Below are positions 8,217 through 17,518 of a DNA stretch of 64,000 bases, in pieces; the stretch's first letter is position 1, and each line of letters opens with the position of its first letter. The notes under the pieces were generated by a model that did no database searches, was not told the DNA's origin, and saw only the letters and a program-made list of their open reading frames with translations. This stretch comes from a virus. Made by a program: the position numbers and the translations under genes. Location of the stretch: the IMG/VR virus record IMGVR_UViG_3300031552_000002, positions 11,792 to 75,791 of that record; one strand, 5' to 3'.

Positions 8217-8440
8217 GCTGGGCCAGGTATGACCTGGTCCTGCGAATGAAGGACCACAGGCCATCCCGGACCCGTGTCGGATCGGGTCGGCTCGACGAGA
8301 AGGACGCGAAGGCCCTCGCAGCTGCCTTCGAGTCGATGCTCCACCCGGGCGACAACCCGGCCGAGTGGAAACTCGAAGTCCGCAAGCAGGACGCGAAGTA
8401 CGCGGGTAACGGGACCGTCGTCGCCCGGTACGAGGGCTGA
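8213..8440 (+). CDS. Hypothetical protein
   Basis: GTGA overlap, RBS GGAGGAGG. Confidence 0.6.
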   Translation: MSWARYDLVLRMKDHRPSRTRVGSGRLDEKDAKALAAAFESMLHPGDNPAEWKLEVRKQDAKYAGNGTVVARYEG

Positions 8441-8443
8441 GCA

Positions 8444-8629
8444 GTGGCCTACCGGCAGAAGACAGCCGCCGACCGAGAGCTGAACGAGGCTCTCCGACGG
8501 CTCAGGGCCACAGCGGTCGGGCTCGACAGGCTCGACGGGACCACAGAACCCGGTGACTGTCTCCGCCGTGAGGCAGCGGCCCTCATCAAGGGTCTGGTGA
8601 AGGCCAGACTCCGCGGGACCGGGACCTGA
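8444..8629 (+). CDS. Hypothetical protein
   Basis: ORF track, operonic position. Confidence 0.45.
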   Translation: MAYRQKTAADRELNEALRRLRATAVGLDRLDGTTEPGDCLRREAAALIKGLVKARLRGTGT

Positions 8630-8752
8630 ACGGAAAACGGAAACGGAAAACCTACGGAACGTTTTTCGGGGCCAAGGTACGTAGGCGTGTACGTGCGCGT
8701 GCACGCACGCGTGTACAAGGCCCGCCGACTGATGTCAATGAAGGGAGGAATG

Positions 8753-9319
8753 ATGAGCGGTGCAGCAGCGGACGGCGCGGCCATCACGGCAGCAGTAGTG
8801 ATGATCGTGATCGTCTTTGGCCTTGATTCTCTCAAGGTCAAAATCAGGCTGGTCGATAAGTACCAGCTTGACAAGATTCTCGGTCTGATCCTGATGGTCG
8901 CTGCGGGGGCAACACTCGCGATGACGCCTGTGATGGGCGTTTTCGTGTGGGCGGTGGGGATCGTCGAAGGAATGGCCGGTTTCGCGGTCGGCGCCATTTT
9001 CGGCGCGTTGAACTCCGTAGCCGGGTCGCTGTCGCCGGGGGCGCCAAAATTCCCGACATCGGACGGGTTCAACGCGAGCGCCGGTCATGGCCTGGTCGTG
9101 GCAGGGGCCTCGCTGCTCCTGCTGCGCCTGGCCTGTGGTGCCCTGCCTAAGGTGTCGGAGCGCCGCCTGGCGTGGAGTGACGTGCACCTGGCGGTGCTGG
9201 TGCCCCTGTTGTTGACGGTGTGTCTGTCGTCGCTGGGGCAGGCGCTTGAGGGCCCGGTGCAGTGGGCCCACGGCACTGTTGGCGGCTGGTTCGAGCAGCA
9301 GATCACGGAGGTGCCGTGA
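8753..9319 (+). CDS. Multi-pass membrane protein (Spd-like)
   Basis: 4-5 hydrophobic segments; RBS GGGAGG. Confidence 0.65.
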   Translation: MSGAAADGAAITAAVVMIVIVFGLDSLKVKIRLVDKYQLDKILGLILMVAAGATLAMTPVMGVFVWAVGIVEGMAGFAVGAIFGALNSVAGSLSPGAPKFPTSDGFNASAGHGLVVAGASLLLLRLACGALPKVSERRLAWSDVHLAVLVPLLLTVCLSSLGQALEGPVQWAHGTVGGWFEQQITEVP

Positions 9320-9321
9320 TC

Positions 9322-10641
9322 ATGGAACTGTTCCTGCTGTTCATCCTTTTCGAGGTGGCGTCGGGCGGGTGCCTCACGGCGTCCGTGACTGGTGCCACGG
9401 CAGGTGCCGCAGCAGGTGCCGCGAAGGGCGGCAAGGCGGCTGTGGCACCGCGCCGCAAGTCACTGCGGCAGCGCCTCACGAAGTCCCGTAAGGGGCGTGC
9501 GTTGATAGCTGCTGGTGGTGCAGCGTCCCTGGTGGGGACAGGGATCGCTGGTGCCGCGAGAGGTGCCGCAGGAGGTGCCGCACGCGGGTTCACGGCAGCG
9601 CATCGGGTGCGCCGTGAGCGGGTGCCGTCGCCTGCCGCGATCGCGGTCCGGAAGGTCCGCGAGCGCCGTGGCGGCACTGCCGCGGCTGGTGACGTGGACG
9701 CTGCCACGGCACCAGGGAAGGCCAGTGCCACGGCACCTAGCGGCACTGACACTGGTGCCGCCGCGGCACCGCCCGAAAGCACTACCGCGGCACCAGGCGA
9801 TGGTGCCGCGGGCTCTTCCACGGCACTGTCCCGTGATGCCGTGCGGTGCCCGCGGTGCGGTGCCGTGACGCTGCTGGCCGTGGACGGCAGAACCATCTGC
9901 CGCCAGTGCAGAGCCTTCGTCGATAGCACCGCGCCTGGTGCCGCCGCTGCCGTTCTCACGTCCTGCGCGAAGTGCGGCAGGGAATGCCTCGAACGGCAGG
10001 ACGGGGAGCCTTCCCTGTGCGCTGCCTGCGCCGTCGTCGGGGCGGGGCAGTACCAGGGCACGACCCCGGGCCGGTGCACGGCCTGCGGGTGCCGGACTGT
10101 CGTGCAGGACGGTCGGGTCCGCTGCCCGTCCTGCGGCACCGGGATGACCAGCATCAACGGTGACGGTGCGCACCCGACGTCGGAGGACTGCGGGTGTGAC
10201 GGGTGCACGGCTGCCGTTGCTGCCTCGCAGCAGAAGGACAGCACCAACGCTGGGGCGACCGCCCCAGCCGAGACGAGCAAGAAAACCGAGGGAGACACCA
10301 TGAGCGAGAACACCACGAACGTGTCCGCTGAGGACGCGGGGATCACCCCGTACCTCGCGGCCTGGGACCAGGCTGCGGGCACCGGCCTGGAAGCGATCAT
10401 CGCGCAGGTTGCGGGGACGGCGGCAGCCCTGTCGGCGGCTGTGGAGGCCAACTCCCGGCACGACGTCGGCGGCGGCGCAGACGCCATCGGAGCACTCCAA
10501 CACGCCGTGTCCGCTCTTGACAACGCGCAGGAGCAGCTCCTGGCCCACGCCGCGATGCTGCACGGCCAGTGGGACCAGGCGACCGAGGCGTTGTCCGGGG
10601 TCACCGCGGACTCGGCGCAGGAGCTGTTGGGCCAGCGCTGA
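9322..10641 (+). CDS. Membrane-anchored Ala-rich protein with CxxC Zn ribbons and helical C-terminal domain (TraA-like position)
   Basis: N-terminal hydrophobic stretch, multiple CxxC pairs, internal RBS GGAGAC + ATG at 10300. Confidence 0.55.
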   Translation: MELFLLFILFEVASGGCLTASVTGATAGAAAGAAKGGKAAVAPRRKSLRQRLTKSRKGRALIAAGGAASLVGTGIAGAARGAAGGAARGFTAAHRVRRERVPSPAAIAVRKVRERRGGTAAAGDVDAATAPGKASATAPSGTDTGAAAAPPESTTAAPGDGAAGSSTALSRDAVRCPRCGAVTLLAVDGRTICRQCRAFVDSTAPGAAAAVLTSCAKCGRECLERQDGEPSLCAACAVVGAGQYQGTTPGRCTACGCRTVVQDGRVRCPSCGTGMTSINGDGAHPTSEDCGCDGCTAAVAASQQKDSTNAGATAPAETSKKTEGDTMSENTTNVSAEDAGITPYLAAWDQAAGTGLEAIIAQVAGTAAALSAAVEANSRHDVGGGADAIGALQHAVSALDNAQEQLLAHAAMLHGQWDQATEALSGVTADSAQELLGQR

Positions 10642-10705
10642 GGATCGGACCGGGCGGGCGCCGAGGAGATGCGGCGCCCGCCCCCCTATTTGAGAGGACA
10701 CCATC

Positions 10706-12808
10706 ATGGGCAGGATGAGGACTCCGGGGCCGCTGCGTCCCGCCGTGGGGGTCGTGCGGCTGGTGCGGCGCCGGAAGCGCCGTGCCACTCAGAAGGCTGC
10801 CGAGCAGCGGAACGCCGACCGGCAGCAGGCCAGGGACCTTGCGGTTCTCGCTGCCCTCGCGCAACAGTCCGGGGCCAGCATCGACCTGGGGGCCCTCTCG
10901 GGGAAGATCCCTACCGGTAAGCCTGCCTGGCATCGTGCCTACCTGCAGGCTGGTGGGCACCGGGCCATCGGGTCCGTGTGGGCAGTCGCTCTGGGGCTCG
11001 ACGTGACCTGGCTGGGCGTCCACTACCTGCCCGGGGGGTGGATGGTGGGGGTCGGGAAAGCCCTCGTTGCCCTGGCGTGGATGGTAGGGGCTGTCCTGTG
11101 GCTGGGAAGTCTCGGCGGAGGGGCGAACCGCCGCATCGCGTCGTCCGGGGTTGTCCTGTTGTCGGCCGTCTGGGTGGGTCTCCCAGCCGGGCCGGTGGAG
11201 CTCCCCGCCCGATGGATGACGCTGGTCCTGGTCGCGGTCGTGGCGTCCGTGGCGAGGGGCTGGCATTTCCGGGCCCGCCCGGTCACGGAAGAGACCAGGG
11301 CAGCGCGGAAGCCGCGCCAGACAGACCAGGCCCGGACCTGGGATGAGTACCTGGGGGCCGAGAAGAAAGCAATCGCCGGGACCCGCCTGGAGGGTGTCGA
11401 GGTCAAGGACACGTCGTGGTCGGCGACGGTTGTGTGCCCGAGGGACTCTCAGGGCGCGCAGCTCGTCGTTAGTGCCCGGGAGCGCATCGCCACGGCTTTC
11501 GGGGTGTCGCCGCTGTGGGTCGAGGTCATCCGGACCTCGGACAACTCGCGGCCTCGGGTCGTCGTGACGACAGAGGCGACCCTCGCGGAGTCCCGGCCGT
11601 GGACTCCTGCCGGGGTGACGGCGACGACGGTCGAGGTCGGGACCCGCCCGGACGGCACCCGGGTGGTCGCTGAAGTGCAGCGCCCGGAATCCGGGGTCCG
11701 CCACTGGTGGTTCACCGGCGGGTCCGGGTCGGGGAAGACAGCGGCGGTGATCGGGACGGTGGGGCGGATCATGCAGCCGCACGTGCCGGCACTGGAGGCC
11801 ACAGGTGAGAAGGTCGGGTGGGTCGTCCTTGACCTCGTGGACCTGGGTGAGACCTCGCTCCCCGCCCTCGCGGATGACCGGGTGAGGTTCCGGTTCGGGA
11901 CGACGGTCGAGGACTGCCGGCTCGCGCTCCAGCGGGCTGTCGCGGTGATGGAGTCCCGGCAGCACGCTATGCGGTCTATGCGGATCGTGGACCGGGGGGT
12001 GGAGCGTGTCGGTGTCTCGACGCTCCAGGTGGGCCCCGAGTACCCCCTGTACCTCCTCCTGATCGAGGAGGCTACGGGGATCATCGGGGACAAACAGTCG
12101 ATGCTGCTTGCGCAGCAGGTCGCGAAGTTAGGCAGAAAGTACGGCGTGTCCCTGGCCTGGGTTACCCAGACCAGCAGCCTCAACGAGGCTTTCGGGCCGA
12201 ACGGCGGCGAGGCCGTCCGCATGAATATTCAGGCCAACGGGTCGGTGTGGGCCGGATGGTCGAACCGCGGGTCCGGGCAGATGGCTTTCGGTGGCGGTGT
12301 TCAGATCAATCTCGCCGAGATCCCGAAGGGCCAGCCGGGAACGGGCCTGTGGGTCACTCAGGGCGGGGACCGGTGCGGGGTGTCCCGAACGGACTGGATC
12401 GATGATTCACAGGGCCGCCCCGACAGCGTGCCGTCGATGTGGCAGGTCGCGGACACGATCGTTCCCGGGGGCCTCGAAGCGGCGGCGTTGGTGGCCGTCG
12501 AGGAGGTCGAGGCCGCCGCTGTTCAGGGGAGCGGGGAAGGCGGGGAGGTCCCGGCGGTCCGGCTGGTGGAGGCGTCGTCCTCGGTGGGTGACCGGCGAGC
12601 GCTGGTCGCAGGGATCGTCGAGGATCTGGCCGCGGAAGGCCCGGTTAGGACATCCGAGGTGATGGTCGAGTTCTTGGCCCGTACTGGGGACGCCGGGCTG
12701 CAACCAACGGACCCCGAATGGGGAAAGATTTACGACCGTGTTCTGAAGGATCTCGGGCAAGTCGCCGCGAAAACCTCTCGCGGCCAGTGGGAAAGGAAAG
12801 CAGCATGA
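10706..12808 (+). CDS. traB: TraB-like FtsK/SpoIIIE DNA translocase
   Basis: N-terminal TM helices, Walker A GGSGSGKT, Walker B LLLIEE, LGRKYGV...TQ, C-terminal wHTH-like region. Confidence 0.75.
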   Translation: MGRMRTPGPLRPAVGVVRLVRRRKRRATQKAAEQRNADRQQARDLAVLAALAQQSGASIDLGALSGKIPTGKPAWHRAYLQAGGHRAIGSVWAVALGLDVTWLGVHYLPGGWMVGVGKALVALAWMVGAVLWLGSLGGGANRRIASSGVVLLSAVWVGLPAGPVELPARWMTLVLVAVVASVARGWHFRARPVTEETRAARKPRQTDQARTWDEYLGAEKKAIAGTRLEGVEVKDTSWSATVVCPRDSQGAQLVVSARERIATAFGVSPLWVEVIRTSDNSRPRVVVTTEATLAESRPWTPAGVTATTVEVGTRPDGTRVVAEVQRPESGVRHWWFTGGSGSGKTAAVIGTVGRIMQPHVPALEATGEKVGWVVLDLVDLGETSLPALADDRVRFRFGTTVEDCRLALQRAVAVMESRQHAMRSMRIVDRGVERVGVSTLQVGPEYPLYLLLIEEATGIIGDKQSMLLAQQVAKLGRKYGVSLAWVTQTSSLNEAFGPNGGEAVRMNIQANGSVWAGWSNRGSGQMAFGGGVQINLAEIPKGQPGTGLWVTQGGDRCGVSRTDWIDDSQGRPDSVPSMWQVADTIVPGGLEAAALVAVEEVEAAAVQGSGEGGEVPAVRLVEASSSVGDRRALVAGIVEDLAAEGPVRTSEVMVEFLARTGDAGLQPTDPEWGKIYDRVLKDLGQVAAKTSRGQWERKAA

Positions 12809-13629
12809 GCGCGACCACGATCGCCGTGCAGGCTGCGCGGCCCCCGGTGTGGGGGTGGATCTCCGCGGGGGACCGTGCCCTCGTCCTGGGGGCGTCCCTC
12901 GGCTCCTTCGTCCACGTCCACGACGCGATGGGTCTGTACGGCCAAGCGGGTTTTTTCGCGTGGCTCGCCGCCGGGGTAATCGAACTCGGGGGGATCCTCG
13001 GGATCCTCCTGCTCTCCCAGGCGACGCGGATCAGCGGCGCCCTGCCTACGGGGATCATCGTGGTCACGGCCTGCCAGGGCATTAGTCTCTGGGCGAATCA
13101 GGCCATGGTCACGGCGTCGGCGACGGCCGGGCAGGAACTCAACGCCCGGATTTCCGGGGTCGTGTTCCCGGCTGTCGTGGTGCTGGGTCTCGGCCTGGAG
13201 CTGGTGATGCAACGGCACCATGAGCAGGAGGCACGGTCTGCCCGAGAGGCAGAGGCGAGGGCTGAGGCCGCTGCCCGGGCCGCTCAGGAACGCGAGCAGA
13301 AGGAAGCCGAGCGTCGCGTCGTCGAGGCCCGGGAGACTGCCGAGGCCAAAGCCCGTGAGGCCAAGAAAGCTGAGGATCCGGCAACTGCCGTAGGGAAGCG
13401 ACCGGCCCAGCGGCGCGCGAAGGCCCCGGCCCCGGCGGCTGCCCAGGGCCGGAGTATCCCTGTGCTAGAGGACGCGGTCACGGCTGCTCTGAACGCAGGA
13501 GTGGATACGTCGAAGGCCGGATGGTATGTGCCATTGTCCCGTGACCTGGGGGGGTCACGGTCCTGGTGGAAGGAACGCGTTGCGCCTGAGCTGGCAGCTC
13601 AGGCTGGAGTCGTGAGGGTGACGTCATGA
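12805..13629 (+). CDS. Spd/DUF2637-like membrane protein with coiled coil and C-terminal HTH
   Basis: 4 TM segments, EAR-rich coiled coil, ATGA coupling to traB. Confidence 0.6.
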   Translation: MSATTIAVQAARPPVWGWISAGDRALVLGASLGSFVHVHDAMGLYGQAGFFAWLAAGVIELGGILGILLLSQATRISGALPTGIIVVTACQGISLWANQAMVTASATAGQELNARISGVVFPAVVVLGLGLELVMQRHHEQEARSAREAEARAEAAARAAQEREQKEAERRVVEARETAEAKAREAKKAEDPATAVGKRPAQRRAKAPAPAAAQGRSIPVLEDAVTAALNAGVDTSKAGWYVPLSRDLGGSRSWWKERVAPELAAQAGVVRVTS

Positions 13630-13895
13630 GCGTCCGTGAGAATCTCCCGTCGAGGGCTATCGCTGTGGGCGTTGCGGCGGCGTCTGTGTTGAGGTGCGGT
13701 GAGCTACTGGGAGGAGGTCCCCTGTCGGGGGTACTCCCCCTGGTGGCTGGCGCGCTGTTCGCTGCGGCTGGCGTCCTGGGGGTCTCGGCGATGGTGTCCG
13801 CGGTGAGAGGCACTGCCTCTGCCAGCTATGCCTTGTACGGCTTGGGAGCCCTGATCATGTGGGTCGAGGAAAGGGATGTTCCGTGGACGTTCTGA
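13626..13895 (+). CDS. Small membrane protein
   Basis: Hydrophobic, ATGA overlap. Confidence 0.55.
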   Translation: MSVRENLPSRAIAVGVAAASVLRCGELLGGGPLSGVLPLVAGALFAAAGVLGVSAMVSAVRGTASASYALYGLGALIMWVEERDVPWTF

Positions 13896-14155
13896 TGAAG
13901 TCGGTCTCGGTGGGGATCGCGAATTTCCTGTTTGGGCTGGTGCTGACGACGTGTCTGGTGGTTGGGGTGGTGACGTTGCTGTCCCTGCTGGGGCTCGGAG
14001 TGACGACGTGCTCGACGGCTGTGATGGTGGCGTCGCTGAATCAGCCGTCGGAGGTCCACATACGGGAGGTCCTGCGGGCGGCGGTTGTCCTGTCGCTGGT
14101 GGCGTCGGTGCTGACAGTGCTGACGTTGGTTACCGCCGTGGTGGTGGTTCTGTGA
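13895..14155 (+). CDS. Small membrane protein
   Basis: Two hydrophobic helices; start uncertain. Confidence 0.5.
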   Translation: MKSVSVGIANFLFGLVLTTCLVVGVVTLLSLLGLGVTTCSTAVMVASLNQPSEVHIREVLRAAVVLSLVASVLTVLTLVTAVVVVL

Positions 14156-14661
14156 ATAGGGCTACGCACCGGTTGGCTGGGGCGGTGGCAGGGCTCGGGG
14201 TGGGGCTGGTGGAGGGGTGGGAGCCTGGGCGGGCTGTCCTGGGGGTCGGCCTGTCGGTCCTCGTGTCGGGGGGCGTGCTGTCGCCGGATATGGATCAGTA
14301 CGGGTGGTGGAGGTTCCTGGACCGGTGGGTCCCGGACGAGGTGCTGGGTCGGGGCGGGCCGCTACAGCACCGGGGGATCACGCATTGGTGGGGGCTGCCG
14401 GTGCTGGTCCTGGTGTGGCTGGTGGTGGTGGGCCCGGGTCTGCTGTGGCCTGTCTTGGCGCTGCTCGCCGGCTGGGGGTCTCACCTGGTGGGGGATCTTC
14501 TCTATGGGGCGGAGAGCCCGGGGCGTGGGCCGGGTATTCCGATGGGGTTGTGGTGGGGGCATAGGGGTGTGGGGTGGCATTCGGGTGGGCGGGGTGAGGT
14601 GTGGGTGGCGAGGCCGGTGCTGGTGGTGCTGGTGCTGGGGTTGTTGGCGTTGTCGTGTTGA
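14152..14661 (+). CDS. YdjM-like membrane metal-dependent hydrolase
   Basis: TH, PDMD, HRGITH, SHLVGD motifs. Confidence 0.8.
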   Translation: MNRATHRLAGAVAGLGVGLVEGWEPGRAVLGVGLSVLVSGGVLSPDMDQYGWWRFLDRWVPDEVLGRGGPLQHRGITHWWGLPVLVLVWLVVVGPGLLWPVLALLAGWGSHLVGDLLYGAESPGRGPGIPMGLWWGHRGVGWHSGGRGEVWVARPVLVVLVLGLLALSC

Positions 14662-14686
14662 CACAACCCACTACATGTGACAGTAT
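14658..14686 (+). promoter_or_regulatory. Repeated promoter, copy 4
   Basis: TTGACA-N17-CAGTATGTGGATGTCA. Confidence 0.8.
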
Positions 14687-14716
14687 GTGGATGTCAGCAA
14701 GCGTTGAGAGGACATC

Positions 14717-15481
14717 ATGAAACTCCACAACGGGCCCCGCCAGACAACGGCAGAGGCAGCAGCAACCCACCTCGGAATCGACGTCAACGAAGGCGAAAAA
14801 TTCTACGCCTGGGTCAACCCCGCGGACCTTGACCGGAAGGCCATCTGGGCAAACTTCAAGGGATTGCCCCACCCTGACGAGGAGCTCGTCCTCGTCGCGA
14901 TCCCGGTCTTCCCCCGCTCCGCCGCCATCCGGAGCGGACGCGGCGTAGGGAACATCCCCTGCTTGCGGGTCCCGCGCGAGAAAGTCGAGAAGATCGGAAC
15001 GTTCACGATCTCCGAGGTCGTGAAGTCAGGAGCCCTAGCCCGGGTCTCCCTCAGAGGACTCAACCTCCAGGACTGGTCCGCAGCGCGCTACTGGGACAAG
15101 CGGACCTGGGACCTGTCCGGATGGTTTCTCGAAAGGGCCAGCCTCCCCGAGGCAGGACTCTCCGGGATCCCCATGATCAGGATCAACCTGGCGCGAGCGA
15201 ACCTCACCGGCGCCTCCCTGAACACGGCAAACATGACAGCAGCAACACTCCGCCGGGCGAACCTGACCGGGGCCAAGCTCCGGGGATCCAACCTCACCGG
15301 CGCCGATCTGAGCGGCGCAGACCTGGCCAAGACCGATTTCCTGAACGCGAATCTGACCGGGGCCGATCTCCGATCCGCCAAGAACATCGGAGACGCGAGA
15401 GTCTCTGGAGCGAAGATCACCGGAGCGCTCATGGACGAGGGCATCCGAGAGATCCTGCTCAGCAACGGCGCGACCGAGTAA
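14717..15481 (+). CDS. Pentapeptide repeat protein
   Basis: A[ND]LxG/A repeats in the C-terminal half. Confidence 0.85.
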   Translation: MKLHNGPRQTTAEAAATHLGIDVNEGEKFYAWVNPADLDRKAIWANFKGLPHPDEELVLVAIPVFPRSAAIRSGRGVGNIPCLRVPREKVEKIGTFTISEVVKSGALARVSLRGLNLQDWSAARYWDKRTWDLSGWFLERASLPEAGLSGIPMIRINLARANLTGASLNTANMTAATLRRANLTGAKLRGSNLTGADLSGADLAKTDFLNANLTGADLRSAKNIGDARVSGAKITGALMDEGIREILLSNGATE

Positions 15482-15518
15482 ACAACCCCACCAGCCAGAG
15501 ACCAGAGAGAGGAAACCC

Positions 15519-16628
15519 ATGAACACCACACCGGGCCCCTACGCCACCACTCGTGAGGACGGCGTCATCGTCATCGCTGATGACGCCGACTGGACCGTCC
15601 CCGGGATCCACAACCGGTACCGGGCCGCCCTTCAGTCGGCCCTGACACGGCACGTCTGGAACTGGCAAGCGGATGGTGATGGGGGGCTGGTATCTCGTTC
15701 TGGGTGTTGGTCTCCCCGGTACGTCTGGCTCCGACAGGGAGTAGTTGCCGTTTCCTCCAAGGAGGACCCGGACTGTGTGACAGAATTCGCTATCCGTAAG
15801 TCCGAGATCGAGGCGCTGGACACCCGAGTCGAACAGATACGGCGCGCCCTCGAAGGGCTCGCCGACAACACCGCCACCGAGATCAACGGTGGAGGGGAAC
15901 CGGTCAGGTCCGACGAGTACGGAGACGTCAAGCTGGACTCCGGGGAGGTCATCCCCGGTGACGGGACGTGCCCCAGTCACCTCTCAGACAAGAACTGGCC
16001 GAGGGACCTCCGGGCCCTCTCCGAGGAAAAGAGTTTCCTGGAGGAATTGGTGAGCCTCATCCCGGGGAACCTCATCCCGGGCCTGACCGCAAGGGCCGAG
16101 GCGATGCGCGCCTCGACGGCCGCCCTGGCCGAGAATCTCACCGGAATCTACCAGGAGCACCTCAGGCGCGGCCTGACCGCGACGGAAGAGACTGCCATTC
16201 GGGAAACCCCGGTGGCTGGCCATGAGCCCTGGGAAGTAGAGCTGACCGGGATCTGTGAGCTCGACGACGAGGAAACCGAACTCGCGACGCGCAAGATAAT
16301 GCGTGACCGGGTAGAGGCCCTGAGGAAACGCTGCACTCCGCGCCTCACGAATGAGGAAGTTCGGCTCTACGAGGGGACCCTGAACCTGGCGTTTCCCCTG
16401 GTTGAGCAGGCCCTCGCGGTCTGTGAGGTGGACGTTCTGCGGCACCGGGATGGTGTCTGGGAGCTTGCCCGGCGCATGGTGGAGCCGGGGGAGCTGCTCG
16501 GAGAACTGGACGACCTGGCCATGGCTCAGGTCATGCCGGTTCTGGCGCAGAAGCTGGTGTACCGGGCCATTTGGCTCGGGGTGATTGACTGGTTTCCGTC
16601 AGATCCCTGCCCTGAGGGAAACGTCTGA
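15519..16628 (+). CDS. Hypothetical protein; N-terminal half paralogous to 4745..5254
   Basis: Shared DADWxxPGxHNxYRxAL and IPxxGTxPxHLS. Confidence 0.7.
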   Translation: MNTTPGPYATTREDGVIVIADDADWTVPGIHNRYRAALQSALTRHVWNWQADGDGGLVSRSGCWSPRYVWLRQGVVAVSSKEDPDCVTEFAIRKSEIEALDTRVEQIRRALEGLADNTATEINGGGEPVRSDEYGDVKLDSGEVIPGDGTCPSHLSDKNWPRDLRALSEEKSFLEELVSLIPGNLIPGLTARAEAMRASTAALAENLTGIYQEHLRRGLTATEETAIRETPVAGHEPWEVELTGICELDDEETELATRKIMRDRVEALRKRCTPRLTNEEVRLYEGTLNLAFPLVEQALAVCEVDVLRHRDGVWELARRMVEPGELLGELDDLAMAQVMPVLAQKLVYRAIWLGVIDWFPSDPCPEGNV

Positions 16629-16731
16629 TCCGTCGTCTGTGGCCGTGCCCGACGGGTAAACGTCGCCGGCGGCCGGAGGTTGGGTCCCTGCCCTGAGGGG
16701 TGGGGGCTCTTCCTCTTTGGCGGCGCTAACG

Positions 16732-16760
16732 TTGACACACGCCACAAGACGTGACACTAT
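16732..16760 (+). promoter_or_regulatory. Repeated promoter, copy 5
   Basis: TTGACA-N17-CACTAT. Confidence 0.7.
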
Positions 16761-16787
16761 CTAGGCATCACATCTGAGAGGAAGCCC

Positions 16788-17495
16788 ATGAAAACATTCG
16801 CCAGGGCCGCAGCCCAGTCCCTCAACCTCGGCCCCGCCCCCCACGGATCCGTCTACGCCGTCATCCACTGCGGCGGTGACCGAATCCCCAGCGGGGAACT
16901 CGGACGCACGCCACTCCCCCCCACCGGGGGAACCTACCCCGGGTTGCTCTGCGCCCAGAGGGATTTCGACTACAGCTGGAGTATCGGCACACCGCTGGCA
17001 GTCCTCGTCGTACCGCTGGCCAGCCCCTTCGCACCACTCGCCGATCACATGCCCGAGGAGAACATCGAGGAGAACATCGAGAAGAACATCCGGGTCGGCC
17101 GGTTCTTGTTCCTGTCCGCCGAGGTCGTCGGAGAGGTCACTTTCCACGGCGTCGCGCACTGGGGCAGCCTGGCCAACACCTACTTGACCGGTCTCATCCT
17201 GTCGGGCCTCGACCTGTCGGGCCTCGACCTGTCAGGCGCGGACCTTAGCTCGGCCAACCTCAACCGCGCGAACCTGTCCGACGCTGACCTGTCCGACGCG
17301 AACCTGTCCGGCGCGGACCTCACCGACGCAGACCTCACCGGCGCGAACCTGACCGAGGCGAACCTCACCGGCGCGGATCTGACCGACGCGATCCTGTCCG
17401 GCGTGGACCTCACCGACGCAGACCTGACAGGAGTGATCCTGACCGGGGCGGACCTCGACGGCGTCGAGGGTCTTCCCCCCATCCTGAGCATCTGA
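16788..17495 (+). CDS. Pentapeptide repeat protein
   Basis: ADLSG/ANLTG repeats. Confidence 0.85.
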   Translation: MKTFARAAAQSLNLGPAPHGSVYAVIHCGGDRIPSGELGRTPLPPTGGTYPGLLCAQRDFDYSWSIGTPLAVLVVPLASPFAPLADHMPEENIEENIEKNIRVGRFLFLSAEVVGEVTFHGVAHWGSLANTYLTGLILSGLDLSGLDLSGADLSSANLNRANLSDADLSDANLSGADLTDADLTGANLTEANLTGADLTDAILSGVDLTDADLTGVILTGADLDGVEGLPPILSI

Positions 17496-17518
17496 TCCAA
17501 CTAACCCAGGAGGACACC

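Noticed and set aside
9303-11965. Long minus-strand ORFs (9303..10604, 9460..10788, 10601..11965) and similar shadow ORFs elsewhere
   Set aside because: High-GC antisense shadows of real genes; Arg/Pro-rich, with no RBS or motifs.
13900-14660. Strong G/T skew as a structural DNA element
   Set aside because: Explained by Val/Leu/Gly/Trp codons of membrane proteins.
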